Source: a virus (taxonomy: Duplodnaviria; Caudoviricetes). Taken from it: DNA of 28,829 nucleotides. The notes under the pieces were generated by a model. It searched no databases. It was not told the origin of the DNA and saw only the letters and a program-made list of their open reading frames with translations. The stretch lies in IMG/VR virus record IMGVR_UViG_3300044742_000152, positions 1 to 28,829 of that record; one strand, written 5' to 3'. Positions 15,755-24,831 of this stretch are shown here, piece after piece. Made by a program: the position numbers and the translations under genes. Every line of letters begins with the position of its first letter. Position 1 is the first letter of the stretch.

Positions 15755-16146
15755 TAGTTGAGCCTCCTTATAAAGAACTTCTTCGTTCCCTCAGTGGCAT
15801 ACGGCTGATACTCGCTGTAGCGAGAGATCATCTTGTCAAGGAAGCTCCCCTCCTCGACGTGGAAGATAAAGGTCTTAATGCCCATACTCCGAAGAGCCAT
15901 CTCATACATCTCGACCATAGTTATAGCTGTCTGAATGCGCCTTCTATCGGACTTCACCACTAGGGGGCCAGCTATAATCATACCATTCTGTATATCGGTA
16001 CTAATCAGGCCAACAGGATCATTGTCTTCGACGACCAGCAAGGTAGGAAAGCCAAGCTTCTGCTTTGGCACTCCCTCCGCTCTCATCAGAGCATGGGCCT
16101 TATGGAAGTCCTTTGGGCTCTTAGCCAGTCTAAAGCCGACGCTCAT
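15754..16146 (-). CDS. Putative GNAT-fold protein (positional analogue of T7 gp13 / P22 gp14)
   Basis: 130 aa with GNAT-like pattern (FRLA, LLVVEDNDPVGLI, IIAGPLVV.SD.RR). Immediately precedes the ejection genes. Confidence 0.5.
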   Translation of the reverse strand: MSVGFRLAKSPKDFHKAHALMRAEGVPKQKLGFPTLLVVEDNDPVGLISTDIQNGMIIAGPLVVKSDRRRIQTAITMVEMYEMALRSMGIKTFIFHVEEGSFLDKMISRYSEYQPYATEGTKKFFIRRLN

Positions 16147-16394
16147 TTTCGCTTCGCCCTGCCTTTACAGATAGGATCCTGCCAACCCAAGCACTGGCAC
16201 ATATAGTCCACTTCATTGCCTTGAATGCGACGAGCCAGTGCTGGGGGAAGTCCCTTGATCGCATTGATGTCTGCATTGCTCAGAACCTGTCTGTCGTAGC
16301 GCTGACAGAAGCTATCGACGACTATGGATGGCGGAGGAGGCGCACTTGCACCAAAGCAGATGATAAAGCAGACAATGCCACCTTCTCCACTCAT
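16143..16394 (-). CDS. Putative o-spanin (Rz1)-like protein
   Basis: Short hydrophobic N-terminus, Pro run and several Cys. Follows an i-spanin-like gene. No canonical lipobox. Confidence 0.4.
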   Translation of the reverse strand: MSGEGGIVCFIICFGASAPPPPSIVVDSFCQRYDRQVLSNADINAIKGLPPALARRIQGNEVDYMCQCLGWQDPICKGRAKRK

Positions 16395-16615
16395 ACCTTA
16401 GACATCCTCTCCCAGAGATTTGCTGCTTCCTGGTCAGAAAGGCCTTTGACCCTCTCTCTTAGTTCCTTACCTTGCTGTGTCTTCTCCAACAGCTCGAGGG
16501 CTGCTCTAGCCACTGCCCGATCCTCTCCAGCCTGTATCAGCCGCTTGTCATTCAAGTAGGCCATGATAGATGTTAGCAGCTTGAGGCCGGTGACTATAAT
16601 AGAGACCCAGCTCAT
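16391..16615 (-). CDS. Putative i-spanin (Rz)-like membrane protein
   Basis: N-terminal hydrophobic helix followed by a charged coiled region, in the lysis cluster. Confidence 0.45.
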   Translation of the reverse strand: MSWVSIIVTGLKLLTSIMAYLNDKRLIQAGEDRAVARAALELLEKTQQGKELRERVKGLSDQEAANLWERMSKV

Positions 16616-16971
16616 CTTAGAGGAGGCTTTGGCATGGTGGCTACCCGGTCCTGCTCCCTCACGATGCCCTCAGGAGGAGCAGGACCGCCGACCATGCCCA
16701 TCTGAGGTAGCACCTTCGGCGGCTCTGGCTGCTTTAGGATATCAGCCACAGCGGCGGCCTTGGCTGGCTCTAAGGTCGCAATAATCTTCTCTGGCGTCAT
16801 GACCTTCTCTGGGGCAAGCATAGAGAATAGGAAGCCTGCTACAGTGATGATGATGCCTCCTATTGTCTCAATTTGAGTAGGATCGATCTTTCCTCTGGCC
16901 ACCAGGATGCCTCCGACAAAGGTGACAACGTGCCTGATTAGGCCGAGTATCTGATCCTTGGTTCCAAACAT
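16612..16971 (-). CDS. Putative holin (two TM segments)
   Basis: ILGLIRHVVTFVGGILVARG and IGGIIITVAGFLFSML. AAGGAG RBS. Confidence 0.6.
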   Translation of the reverse strand: MFGTKDQILGLIRHVVTFVGGILVARGKIDPTQIETIGGIIITVAGFLFSMLAPEKVMTPEKIIATLEPAKAAAVADILKQPEPPKVLPQMGMVGGPAPPEGIVREQDRVATMPKPPLR

Positions 16972-17004
16972 GGCAGTTCTCCTTGTCCAGCCGACACGTT
17001 ACCA

Positions 17005-17024
17005 TGGCCGGGCGACCCCGGCCA
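17005..17024 (-). other. GC-rich hairpin just after a stop codon (possible weak terminator or mRNA stabiliser)
   Basis: TGGCCGGG-GTCG-CCCGGCCA, a perfect 8-bp stem with no U-tract. Confidence 0.45.
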
Positions 17025-17026
17025 GG

Positions 17027-17665
17027 CTACTTTGCTATCTTAAAAATTACAGCTAGTATAGCCACTGCGAGGCCAGCTAAAGCGACCACATAGGCCCAGG
17101 AGTCTGACCCTCCCTTTTTTATGCCTTCAATCGTCGTAAGGCGATCCTTGATATCGCTGATCTTATCATCAGTGGCACTGCCCATAGTGGTGATTAGAAT
17201 GCCTATCTGGTCGATCTGCTTGATAAAGGCAGCTTCAGACTTAGCAATAGCCTGGGCGTTGGACTCGTTCTGCTTTCCAACGGCCTCCTTTTGCGCCTGA
17301 AGGGCCGCGTCGATGGCGACCTTATTATCCCTTGACGTCTGTTCAGTACGAATGTCACGTTCTTTGAACTGCGTGGCAATACTCTCAAATTTCTCGCTGT
17401 GCAGTTCCTGCAGACGACCTACGGCAGCTGTGATAGCTGAGTCTATGTGCTGAGGAGCTCTGTCCGACTGAGCCTGGATCAGGTTTATCGCCTTATCCAT
17501 GCCATCTAGACGAGCTTCGATAAGTTCTCGGATTGCCAGAATTTCTCTGGTTAGCTGCTGGGTGGTGAGGACAGTAGGGTCAGGAACTGGCAACATTCCA
17601 CTCTGAAGTGAACCTGTTGCAGCCTCTGTTTGCCTACGATCTCTAGTGCTACTAGAAGATGTCAT
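17027..17665 (-). CDS. Coiled-coil protein with C-terminal transmembrane helix
   Basis: Long helical region and C-terminal WAYVVALAGLAVAILAVIF. ATG 17665 is preferred over TTG 17695. Confidence 0.7.
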   Translation of the reverse strand: MTSSSSTRDRRQTEAATGSLQSGMLPVPDPTVLTTQQLTREILAIRELIEARLDGMDKAINLIQAQSDRAPQHIDSAITAAVGRLQELHSEKFESIATQFKERDIRTEQTSRDNKVAIDAALQAQKEAVGKQNESNAQAIAKSEAAFIKQIDQIGILITTMGSATDDKISDIKDRLTTIEGIKKGGSDSWAYVVALAGLAVAILAVIFKIAK

Positions 17666-17698
17666 TTCCCGCCATTCCAACCCTCTCAGCCCCAAGCA

Positions 17699-17726
17699 AT
17701 TTTACCACGGTGGGGGAGGGGGGCAA
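17699..17726 (-). promoter_or_regulatory. Putative sigma70-type promoter with extended -10
   Basis: TTGCCC-16 nt-TAAAAT with TGn directly before the -10 (TGGTAAAAT), in one of the few intergenic gaps. Confidence 0.5.
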
Positions 17727-17728
17727 GG

Positions 17729-18508
17729 CTACTGTCGTAGCATGGCGCCGAAGCCGCAGTTGGCTCCAGCAAATGTGCAAACAGTGCCGCCTGAGGATTT
17801 TCCTAGCATATTGATGTAGTTATATCCAGCGGTAAACTTATATCCTATATTCCCAGCTATAGGCATAGCGTAGGCAGCAGCAACCGGCTGGTTGAATAGA
17901 TTAGGAGCAAGAGCAACAGCAGTTCCATTAACTCCAACAGCTGCTCCACAGATATTTCCTACGGTTGCATTGAGAGCGCAGCCATTATAGTAGCAGCTGC
18001 TCCATTCCTCTCCATGGGCGATAAACTCTACCTTGTCCCCAGATGTTAGCTCAACAAATGTAGCAGATGTTGTGGTAGGAGTTCCTGTTAAGGCGGTCCT
18101 CTGAACAGGTTTGTTTTGACGATTATAGTAGGAAGCACAGAACCGCTGGGTGTCACTGTCAACGAAGGTGCCAGGTGTCCCAGCTCCCATGTAGACCATT
18201 CCAAGATAGGTACGCGTTGCATCACCGCTCTTGACTAAGTGACCATATACACTAGCTGTGAACGCTGTAGTACTAAATTCTATCTGAACTGCAGTGCCAT
18301 CCCAATAACAATAGACATAATAGAGCGTAGCAGCTGTAAGTCCCGAATTGCTCTTGAATGGGGTTGCACCGACAGAGTCTATAAGGTTATAATTTGCACC
18401 GTTGATAAATATACTACCGCTTGTTTGGAGAGCAATTGCCAAGACTGAAGAAGAGCTAACTTGCAGTCTACATCCAGTATCAACACTAACTCCAGTACCA
18501 AACGGCAT
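17729..18508 (-). CDS. Tail fibre/spike-related protein (paralogue of the two upstream fibres)
   Basis: Beta-rich and G/T/A-rich. Shares LYYVY, RTYLG and SYYNRQ motifs with its neighbours. Confidence 0.6.
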   Translation of the reverse strand: MPFGTGVSVDTGCRLQVSSSSVLAIALQTSGSIFINGANYNLIDSVGATPFKSNSGLTAATLYYVYCYWDGTAVQIEFSTTAFTASVYGHLVKSGDATRTYLGMVYMGAGTPGTFVDSDTQRFCASYYNRQNKPVQRTALTGTPTTTSATFVELTSGDKVEFIAHGEEWSSCYYNGCALNATVGNICGAAVGVNGTAVALAPNLFNQPVAAAYAMPIAGNIGYKFTAGYNYINMLGKSSGGTVCTFAGANCGFGAMLRQ

Positions 18509-18519
18509 CGTTTATATCC

Positions 18520-19722
18520 TTACATCCACAGTTCAGCCGACAGGCCGGTTTGCACATCGGCAACACCGCTATCGCCGAACATGGTAGCGTTTCCAGCCCC
18601 ACCGTTCTGGTGGCTCTCAATTGCCTGGAAGAAGTGGAAGCCCTGCCTCTGGGTAGAATAGTCTCCGTAGATAGGTACTACGTTTGATCCATGGTTGTGG
18701 AAGCCTGCCCTGCCCATGATTGTAGTTGCGTTATCAAAGCCTACCCCTGTCGTAAGGTAGCCACCTCCAACGGACCCGGCATGAACCAAAGAGGCCCAGC
18801 ACGAGTCTTCTGCCAGGCCCATCAGAAAGGATATGCGGTTGGAATTGCTTGCATTCATCGCCTGCTTTGTTGCGTTGGCTAGGAGCCAGCTGTCTGTACT
18901 ATCCCGGCACAGAGCCATGAACATGCGACGATTGTAGGCGTTCCATAGGAACAGCTTGTTGTTCGTACCTCCAGCTGCTGCAGCAGGCTCCAGGGTAAAT
19001 TCAGTCTGCCCATCTGCGCTAGCTCGGAAGGAGCCTATATAGGTGGCTCTCTTAGAAGCAATCGTCGATGTGTCACCTGCGCCTGTTCCAAACCGAGCAG
19101 TCATAGAGGCATTATTAAGCCAGATACCATTCTGTCTAACAATATCTCCACTGGCTACTCGGGCGATATCGCTAGTCCAAGCTGGACCAGTTACAAGCCT
19201 AGCCACTCCAGCGGTGAACTCAAGAAATAGGCAGAAGTTCTTATCTACTTGATGATAACCTGCATGGCCAGAGTTGCTGTCCAAGGCGAGGGACAGCTCG
19301 TTAGAGCCGACGTTCGTCCAAACCGCTCCATTCCAGGACGGCGCTAGATTTCCAAGATAGGGAGTATAGAAGATAGTAGTCTTAGCCAGCTGATCTGTTG
19401 TGTGAACAGGCGTGCCTGTTAGGAGACAGAGCCTTCCCTGTGGACCCAGAACGCCGCCGCCAGCTGCCGCTAGATCGGTCTCAAGCCCTGCACTATCCAG
19501 TTGGTATAGATGTTTATCGGACTTAGCATAGATAAGAACATGGCCAGCCGCTGGAGTTGATGGGGTCGATCCTTCAGTGAAGCCACCGTTGCCTGGAGCC
19601 GTTAGCAGCTCTGCATTGAGAGCATTAGCATTAGTAACATGATTGACGTGATCGGCATTATAGATGGATGCCGTCAGAACGGTTCCGACGGCTCTAGTCG
19701 TATGTGGAGTGATGGTTGCCAC
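18520..19722 (-). CDS. Tail fibre/spike protein
   Basis: N-terminal anchor-like motif shared with 19726-21192. Beta-rich C-terminal domain. Confidence 0.65.
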   Translation of the reverse strand: MATITPHTTRAVGTVLTASIYNADHVNHVTNANALNAELLTAPGNGGFTEGSTPSTPAAGHVLIYAKSDKHLYQLDSAGLETDLAAAGGGVLGPQGRLCLLTGTPVHTTDQLAKTTIFYTPYLGNLAPSWNGAVWTNVGSNELSLALDSNSGHAGYHQVDKNFCLFLEFTAGVARLVTGPAWTSDIARVASGDIVRQNGIWLNNASMTARFGTGAGDTSTIASKRATYIGSFRASADGQTEFTLEPAAAAGGTNNKLFLWNAYNRRMFMALCRDSTDSWLLANATKQAMNASNSNRISFLMGLAEDSCWASLVHAGSVGGGYLTTGVGFDNATTIMGRAGFHNHGSNVVPIYGDYSTQRQGFHFFQAIESHQNGGAGNATMFGDSGVADVQTGLSAELWM

Positions 19723-19725
19723 AGA

Positions 19726-21192
19726 TCAGCCCATCCACTGTGCAGAGAGGAGCATACTTGGCTCAGTGCCTTGCCATGCTCCAGCTGCAACACCTCCCAA
19801 GTTAATTACACTCTCTATAGCCTGTATGTCGTTAATTCCTAGTAGAGGAGCCTGGAACAGTTCTGCCTTCAGGTCGCCAACTGGAACAAGGGCGCTTACA
19901 GTAAAGTTTGCAAGTCCAAATTGGCCTCTCTTTCCACTCATTACAGTGGTAGAATTTATCCCTATTCCATTGACGGCCCTAGCTTGCCCAGGATTTGCCT
20001 GCACACTTAGATCAATTGTCTGATTGAACTTCACATCCCACGGACTCTGAGCTAAGCCATCAAGGATAGTTAGCTTGTTTGCACTATTACCGTTAGAGGC
20101 TCTAGCTACGGTTGTATAGGTCCAGTTCGCAGTAGGATCTCCTGCCTTTAGGTAGATAGGTTGTCTATTATAGGCATTATAGACGTCCCATCTACGAGTT
20201 TGGCCATAGCTCCTATGGCATGTCACAGTACCTACTGCATCTATACGGATCGTGCCTATGTAGGTGGCCAGCTGGGCTCCAACCGCAAAGGTGCTGGCTC
20301 CATTTCTAGTGGTCATAGATACATTGTTGAGCAGCATTCCACTGGAGCTAACTAGCTCAGTTGTACCCGCTCCAACTCCACGAGCGCTAGTTCCAGCCCC
20401 TGAGTTAGACCATGCAGGGCCAGTTCCTATGTTGATTATTCCTGCTATATCCCACAGAAACACGTCGTAGAGGGTAGCCGCTGCATGATTAGGATTGTTC
20501 AGCGTCAGAACGAAAGGAGAGAAAACTCTCATAGTCACAACGCCATTCTGTATGATGGGAACTAGACTACCTATGAATGTCTCATATCTGACAGAAGTGG
20601 CTGCTATAGCATCAGCAAGGATAATAGGAAAGTTAGCGGTTGGAGTTAGATATCCCTGAGGCTGATACCTGTCTCCAATATTAGATGCAAACCTGACCCG
20701 CTCGATGCTATTTAGGAAGAGAGATACCTCAGTAACGTCGTTGGCTGCCCCTCCTTTGACCTTCCACTCAGCCTTTGCTCCCGCCCCTGATCCCTCCTCA
20801 AGAGACAGGACTGTTCTATCAACAGCGTCATTCTCCGTTCGACGCAATGTCAGTGGGGTAGCCCCGGCAAGTGCTATGGTCCCCGCAACAGAGCCACCCA
20901 GGGCCTGTTGGAGGCTGCTCTGAGGCGCTTCGTACCACTGAGTCTTACCGGTGATCCTGGCTATGCAGAACCGCAGCCTCTCCAGTTCGCCTGCCAGGTT
21001 GGAAGCCAATACCTCAGTACCAACCCCGCCGGGATCGGTCTTTGTCTGATACTGGCCAACGCTGTCTGCCAAAGCCCCCGTCATAGCGGGGTTTTGGTTA
21101 GTAATATGATTGATGTGGTCGCTGTTGTATATCGACGCGGTTAGGACCGTGCCGATGCCTCTTGTTGTATGACTGTATAGGCCGACTGACAT
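19726..21192 (-). CDS. Tail fibre/spike protein
   Basis: Follows the nozzle gene. Anchor motif, short coil and beta-rich C-terminal domain. Confidence 0.65.
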   Translation of the reverse strand: MSVGLYSHTTRGIGTVLTASIYNSDHINHITNQNPAMTGALADSVGQYQTKTDPGGVGTEVLASNLAGELERLRFCIARITGKTQWYEAPQSSLQQALGGSVAGTIALAGATPLTLRRTENDAVDRTVLSLEEGSGAGAKAEWKVKGGAANDVTEVSLFLNSIERVRFASNIGDRYQPQGYLTPTANFPIILADAIAATSVRYETFIGSLVPIIQNGVVTMRVFSPFVLTLNNPNHAAATLYDVFLWDIAGIINIGTGPAWSNSGAGTSARGVGAGTTELVSSSGMLLNNVSMTTRNGASTFAVGAQLATYIGTIRIDAVGTVTCHRSYGQTRRWDVYNAYNRQPIYLKAGDPTANWTYTTVARASNGNSANKLTILDGLAQSPWDVKFNQTIDLSVQANPGQARAVNGIGINSTTVMSGKRGQFGLANFTVSALVPVGDLKAELFQAPLLGINDIQAIESVINLGGVAAGAWQGTEPSMLLSAQWMG

Positions 21193-21195
21193 CTC

Positions 21196-21288
21196 TTAGG
21201 GTCCATCTGTAAAGGCGAAGACGATTATAGCTACAATCATCACTGCGACTACTAGAATGATGATAACAGCTAATAGCGTCGACCTCAC
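21196..21288 (-). CDS. 30-aa single-pass membrane peptide (not in ORF track)
   Basis: GGAGG RBS 6 nt before a GTG that overlaps the upstream TGA. MRSTLLAVIIILVVAVMIVAIIVFAFTDGP fills the gap. Confidence 0.65.
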   Translation of the reverse strand: MRSTLLAVIIILVVAVMIVAIIVFAFTDGP

Positions 21289-21683
21289 GGTATTCCTCCG
21301 CCATCGGTCCTGATAGCTACAACCCCCTTTGGAGACCTTCTCTTGCATACCTTGGTATGAGGCCCAGCATCTAGTTCCATATCGGCCAGATGAAGTTCAA
21401 ACATCTGATCGAACGTAAGTCCTTCATGAAGGCAATCCCTACAGCCGTTGGTTACATGGGCAGAGCCATCCCAAAACTCTAGCTTCAGTTCGGCATAGTT
21501 GTGGAAGCGCCTGAACCTCAGGATCCTCTCTTCGATCCAGTTGCCATTCTCGAAGCGCTTACCCTTAACCTGTTCGGTCATGCCTCCAATAGCCGTTCCG
21601 CACACCTTGCAGAACAGTTCCTCCAGTTCACCCTGAGGACCAAATCGTACATAGTTGGGCCGCTTCACATAGGTATATTTCAT
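21285..21683 (-). CDS. Hypothetical protein with two CxxC motifs
   Basis: CKVC and CRDC. ATGA-coupled to the nozzle gene. Confidence 0.65.
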   Translation of the reverse strand: MKYTYVKRPNYVRFGPQGELEELFCKVCGTAIGGMTEQVKGKRFENGNWIEERILRFRRFHNYAELKLEFWDGSAHVTNGCRDCLHEGLTFDQMFELHLADMELDAGPHTKVCKRRSPKGVVAIRTDGGGIP

Positions 21684-23290
21684 TCTCTAATCCTCTCATC
21701 CATCACCGTGAAGCTTAGATGGAACTCCGCGATGCTTACGTCCTGATCCAAGCCGCCGTTGACGGCTGACAGCTTGATGCGTCTTCCACTTCCTGTCAGT
21801 CTCTTTCTATCAGACGCGACCACATCACTTCCCAGAGTGTCTGTATCCAGGATGAAGGCTCCCAACACGGCACCGCCTCCGCCCATGTTATACTGCAGGG
21901 TATCTGTCAAGATGTCGTCCCAGAAGACGTTGACTGTCAAGTCCCAGTCGCCCCTGGGTTCAGACGCCAACTCGAGAAACTGGCCTGCTTTCATCCTAGT
22001 TGCCAGCGCCTCGTCTAGGAAGGAAAGGTCGGTATTGGCCGTCTCGAAGTTGATCTGATACGCGGCACCTGCCTTGTTGCGTGATGTATCATCTAGACGC
22101 CACACAAACCCTGATGCGTCTCCTACTGTAGGCCTCGGTATGAAGTTAACATCGGGCTTCATCCACAGCGAGACACAGATATCTCTGCGAGACATGAAGA
22201 AGCGGGGAGCAGCTGCTCCTTGTTGAGTTGGAGGCTGCTCGAACCCAATGATAAGGCGCAAATTATTATCAGTAGCACCAGTCCTAGGAAGAGTAAACCA
22301 GGCTTGTTTCTTTGCCGCATACCATGCTCCTACCACACGGCGCATAACCGTTCTGTTTATTTCCGTCCTCACGAACGGTTCCAGGGTGGCGACCTTACTT
22401 AGATCGCTGGTATTGACGTCTCCGAATTCCTGGGTTGCGCTTAGTAGGTGGACGTTGCCTACATGGTCCATATAGAGCACATCTTGCTCAATCTGAATTA
22501 TGGTATGCTGGTTTAGGGTGCCAACTGCTCTGGTCATCCTAGCCACAACCCAGTTGGCTGGGGTTAGGTCAGACGTGTTGATTATGTAGATACCGAAGGG
22601 GTACTTGAATAGGATCAGAGCGCCTCTGAAGGACAGACCACCTACCAGCCGTTCTCCCTCTCCTGGATAGATCGCTATGGTTCCACTGCCAGCCCCGGTG
22701 AAGTTTCCGTGATCGGTTATAGTGCTGTAATAGATGCGATGGGGGTCGCTGGCATTCCCTCCGGCAAACACACGGGCACCGTGCTGGACGCCAAAGGTTG
22801 GGAAGGCGCCGGCTGTCCAGTCGGCTGGGGGAGCGCCAATCGCAGCCATTGTGCCTGCAGCGGCCAGGGCCACCTGGACCTGATTAGGCCCACTGAACAT
22901 GAACAGCTTACGAACGCCTCCGACAGCCTCACCGCCTGCTGCCATGAAGTAGGGAGGTGGCTCTCTTACGTTGGTCAGGCCTGAGACCATTGTAGTACCA
23001 AAGGTCCCAGCACCTGTATCCTGAAGAACGGTGCCGTTACTTAGGAAGATGACATCATGCCTGACTCCGGAGACGGGGTCCCAGTTGATGCCACTTACTA
23101 TGGTAGAACCAGCCCCCAACGCGGCAGCATTGATCTTCTGAGCACCACCCTCCTTGCGGATGATGCCTCCGTCTAGTTCAGCGCCGTCGACTAGGGTAAG
23201 GTGGCCTGGCCCGGCCTGGGAGGGGTTTCTAGTGCCCGTAAAGCCCTGGCTCCCAACAGGGAGCTTTGCTGTTACACCCCTGTAGGCCAT
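21680..23290 (-). CDS. Tail nozzle / tail tubular protein B-like (P22 gp10-like beta-propeller)
   Basis: Beta-rich, with RVFAGG..DPHRIYYS and LILFK patterns. Follows the adaptor gene. Confidence 0.65.
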   Translation of the reverse strand: MAYRGVTAKLPVGSQGFTGTRNPSQAGPGHLTLVDGAELDGGIIRKEGGAQKINAAALGAGSTIVSGINWDPVSGVRHDVIFLSNGTVLQDTGAGTFGTTMVSGLTNVREPPPYFMAAGGEAVGGVRKLFMFSGPNQVQVALAAAGTMAAIGAPPADWTAGAFPTFGVQHGARVFAGGNASDPHRIYYSTITDHGNFTGAGSGTIAIYPGEGERLVGGLSFRGALILFKYPFGIYIINTSDLTPANWVVARMTRAVGTLNQHTIIQIEQDVLYMDHVGNVHLLSATQEFGDVNTSDLSKVATLEPFVRTEINRTVMRRVVGAWYAAKKQAWFTLPRTGATDNNLRLIIGFEQPPTQQGAAAPRFFMSRRDICVSLWMKPDVNFIPRPTVGDASGFVWRLDDTSRNKAGAAYQINFETANTDLSFLDEALATRMKAGQFLELASEPRGDWDLTVNVFWDDILTDTLQYNMGGGGAVLGAFILDTDTLGSDVVASDRKRLTGSGRRIKLSAVNGGLDQDVSIAEFHLSFTVMDERIRE

Positions 23291-23293
23291 AGA

Positions 23294-24244
23294 TCATCCT
23301 ATGATAAGACCCGACTCAGTACGGAGCGGACCTTTTCCTTGATTGTTCGGACGCGGCGAGATGTGGCCAGCCATATAGTCCATCTTGACATTCCTGCGCC
23401 GGTTCTCTTTGAGCATCGCAGCCAAGCCCGTCCTTGCACCCAGAGCCGCCGCGTTGCTTCGGTCATCATTCTTATCCAGAAGGACATAGACCAGGGCCAT
23501 GTCTGAGAGGACGTGCATCCACTGTGTCGGGACGAGTGGAATGGAACCGACGCTATCCGTTAGGTCAGTGACAAAGGGCCTAAAGCGGTACTCGACACGC
23601 ATCTGCTTGCCGTCGGTCTTGCCTCCATGGGAGAACCTGACTGTTCTCTCATCCTCGAGAGCGAATGCTTGAGGGATGCCAGGCCTCAACCTGACCAACG
23701 GAAACAGCTCGTCCATCCGCTCAGGGGGAACGCCATAGATACGATCGGGCATCTGAAAGGCGACGATAGGGCTCATCAGAACCTGGACAGACGCTGACAG
23801 GGCATATTCGATCTTCATGCTGTCAAACGCAGCCAGAGCGTTGGTCTCGCCTGTATAGTTGCCATCCAAAGTTGCCGGGGCGGCCCCTGCAGTGTGGGCA
23901 GCTATCACGAAGACGTCAGGAGGAGCCGTCCCGGACTTGATACGCAGGCGCCTTCCTGCCTGCGAAGCAGCTGGGGCTGGGGTGAAGGTGATTGATGAGG
24001 AGCCTTGAACTACTGCAATAGTGCCAGTGGCATAGACGGGCTCAAGGAGGAGCGTCGCATCCTGACGCATCCACCACCAATCTTCGACGTACTCAGGAAG
24101 GAATTCAGAGGCGCCAGTGGATAGGGTACGGTAAACCCTATTGATATAATCCATAGCCTTACCGTTCCAGCCCGACCCGCTTAGGGGTTCAGAGGCTCGG
24201 AACAGGACATCTTCCTTAAGTTCTCGGGCATTGGATAGGGGCAT
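23294..24244 (-). CDS. Head-tail adaptor / tail tubular protein A-like
   Basis: Helical N- and C-termini (YINRVY; PLVPTQWMHVLSDMAL) around beta domains. Gene order fits. Confidence 0.6.
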   Translation of the reverse strand: MPLSNARELKEDVLFRASEPLSGSGWNGKAMDYINRVYRTLSTGASEFLPEYVEDWWWMRQDATLLLEPVYATGTIAVVQGSSSITFTPAPAASQAGRRLRIKSGTAPPDVFVIAAHTAGAAPATLDGNYTGETNALAAFDSMKIEYALSASVQVLMSPIVAFQMPDRIYGVPPERMDELFPLVRLRPGIPQAFALEDERTVRFSHGGKTDGKQMRVEYRFRPFVTDLTDSVGSIPLVPTQWMHVLSDMALVYVLLDKNDDRSNAAALGARTGLAAMLKENRRRNVKMDYMAGHISPRPNNQGKGPLRTESGLIIG

Positions 24245-24588
24245 TATACCGCTACGAGGGTGACTTTCAGGGCTGTTGCTCCATCTCCTGCACTGATGCG
24301 AGGCCTGATGAAGCGGGTATTCTGTGCTATGTCGTGGATGACGGCGGCTGTTAGGGTGCCTAAGGCCGTTCCCTGACTATTCATCAGGGTGGCCCAGGTA
24401 GTTCCGTCGTTGGAGCCTTCCATGATAGCGTTACCGCCTACGCCAAAGGTGCCACTGACCTGTACTGAGCGAGTGGCAGCTTCAACAGGAATAGATGCAG
24501 GAAGGCCTGACTCGCCATTGGCCAGAGATGCCCACTCAGCTACCCACACCCCCTGCTGAGGTTGGGTTGTGACTACGCCTAGGGCCAT
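24244..24588 (-). CDS. Small beta-rich virion protein
   Basis: SVQVSGTF, EGSNDGTTW and RFIRP jelly-roll-like pattern, within the head operon. Confidence 0.55.
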   Translation of the reverse strand: MALGVVTTQPQQGVWVAEWASLANGESGLPASIPVEAATRSVQVSGTFGVGGNAIMEGSNDGTTWATLMNSQGTALGTLTAAVIHDIAQNTRFIRPRISAGDGATALKVTLVAV

Positions 24589-24831
24589 TTACTTCTCCAG
24601 GCCACACTCCCGCTTGCAGGCAGGAGTCATCTTGGCAACTTCATCTTCTACCCAATCCGGAAGGTCGGCCTGCTTGATATGCTGACCTCCTTCGGTGTAG
24701 AAGTAGCCGCCTTGGATGAAGAGAGGGCCTTCTGCTCCCTCTCCTCGAATGCGTACATAGGGGGTATAGCGGGCAATCTTGCCTTCGCCATCCCCCTTCT
24801 TGGGAACGTGAGTTCTGAGGGAGAATGCCAT
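24589..24831 (-). CDS. Hypothetical protein
   Basis: TAATG coupling to the upstream gene. Confidence 0.6.
   Translation of the reverse strand: MAFSLRTHVPKKGDGEGKIARYTPYVRIRGEGAEGPLFIQGGYFYTEGGQHIKQADLPDWVEDEVAKMTPACKRECGLEK

Noticed and set aside
17729-21192. Diversity-generating retroelement or invertible fibre cassette
   Set aside because: No reverse transcriptase or invertase in the window. The similarity between fibres is protein-level paralogy and all are on one strand.
21098-21304. 68-aa ORF from the track
   Set aside because: It overlaps two better genes. The 30-aa GTG ORF with an RBS explains the gap.
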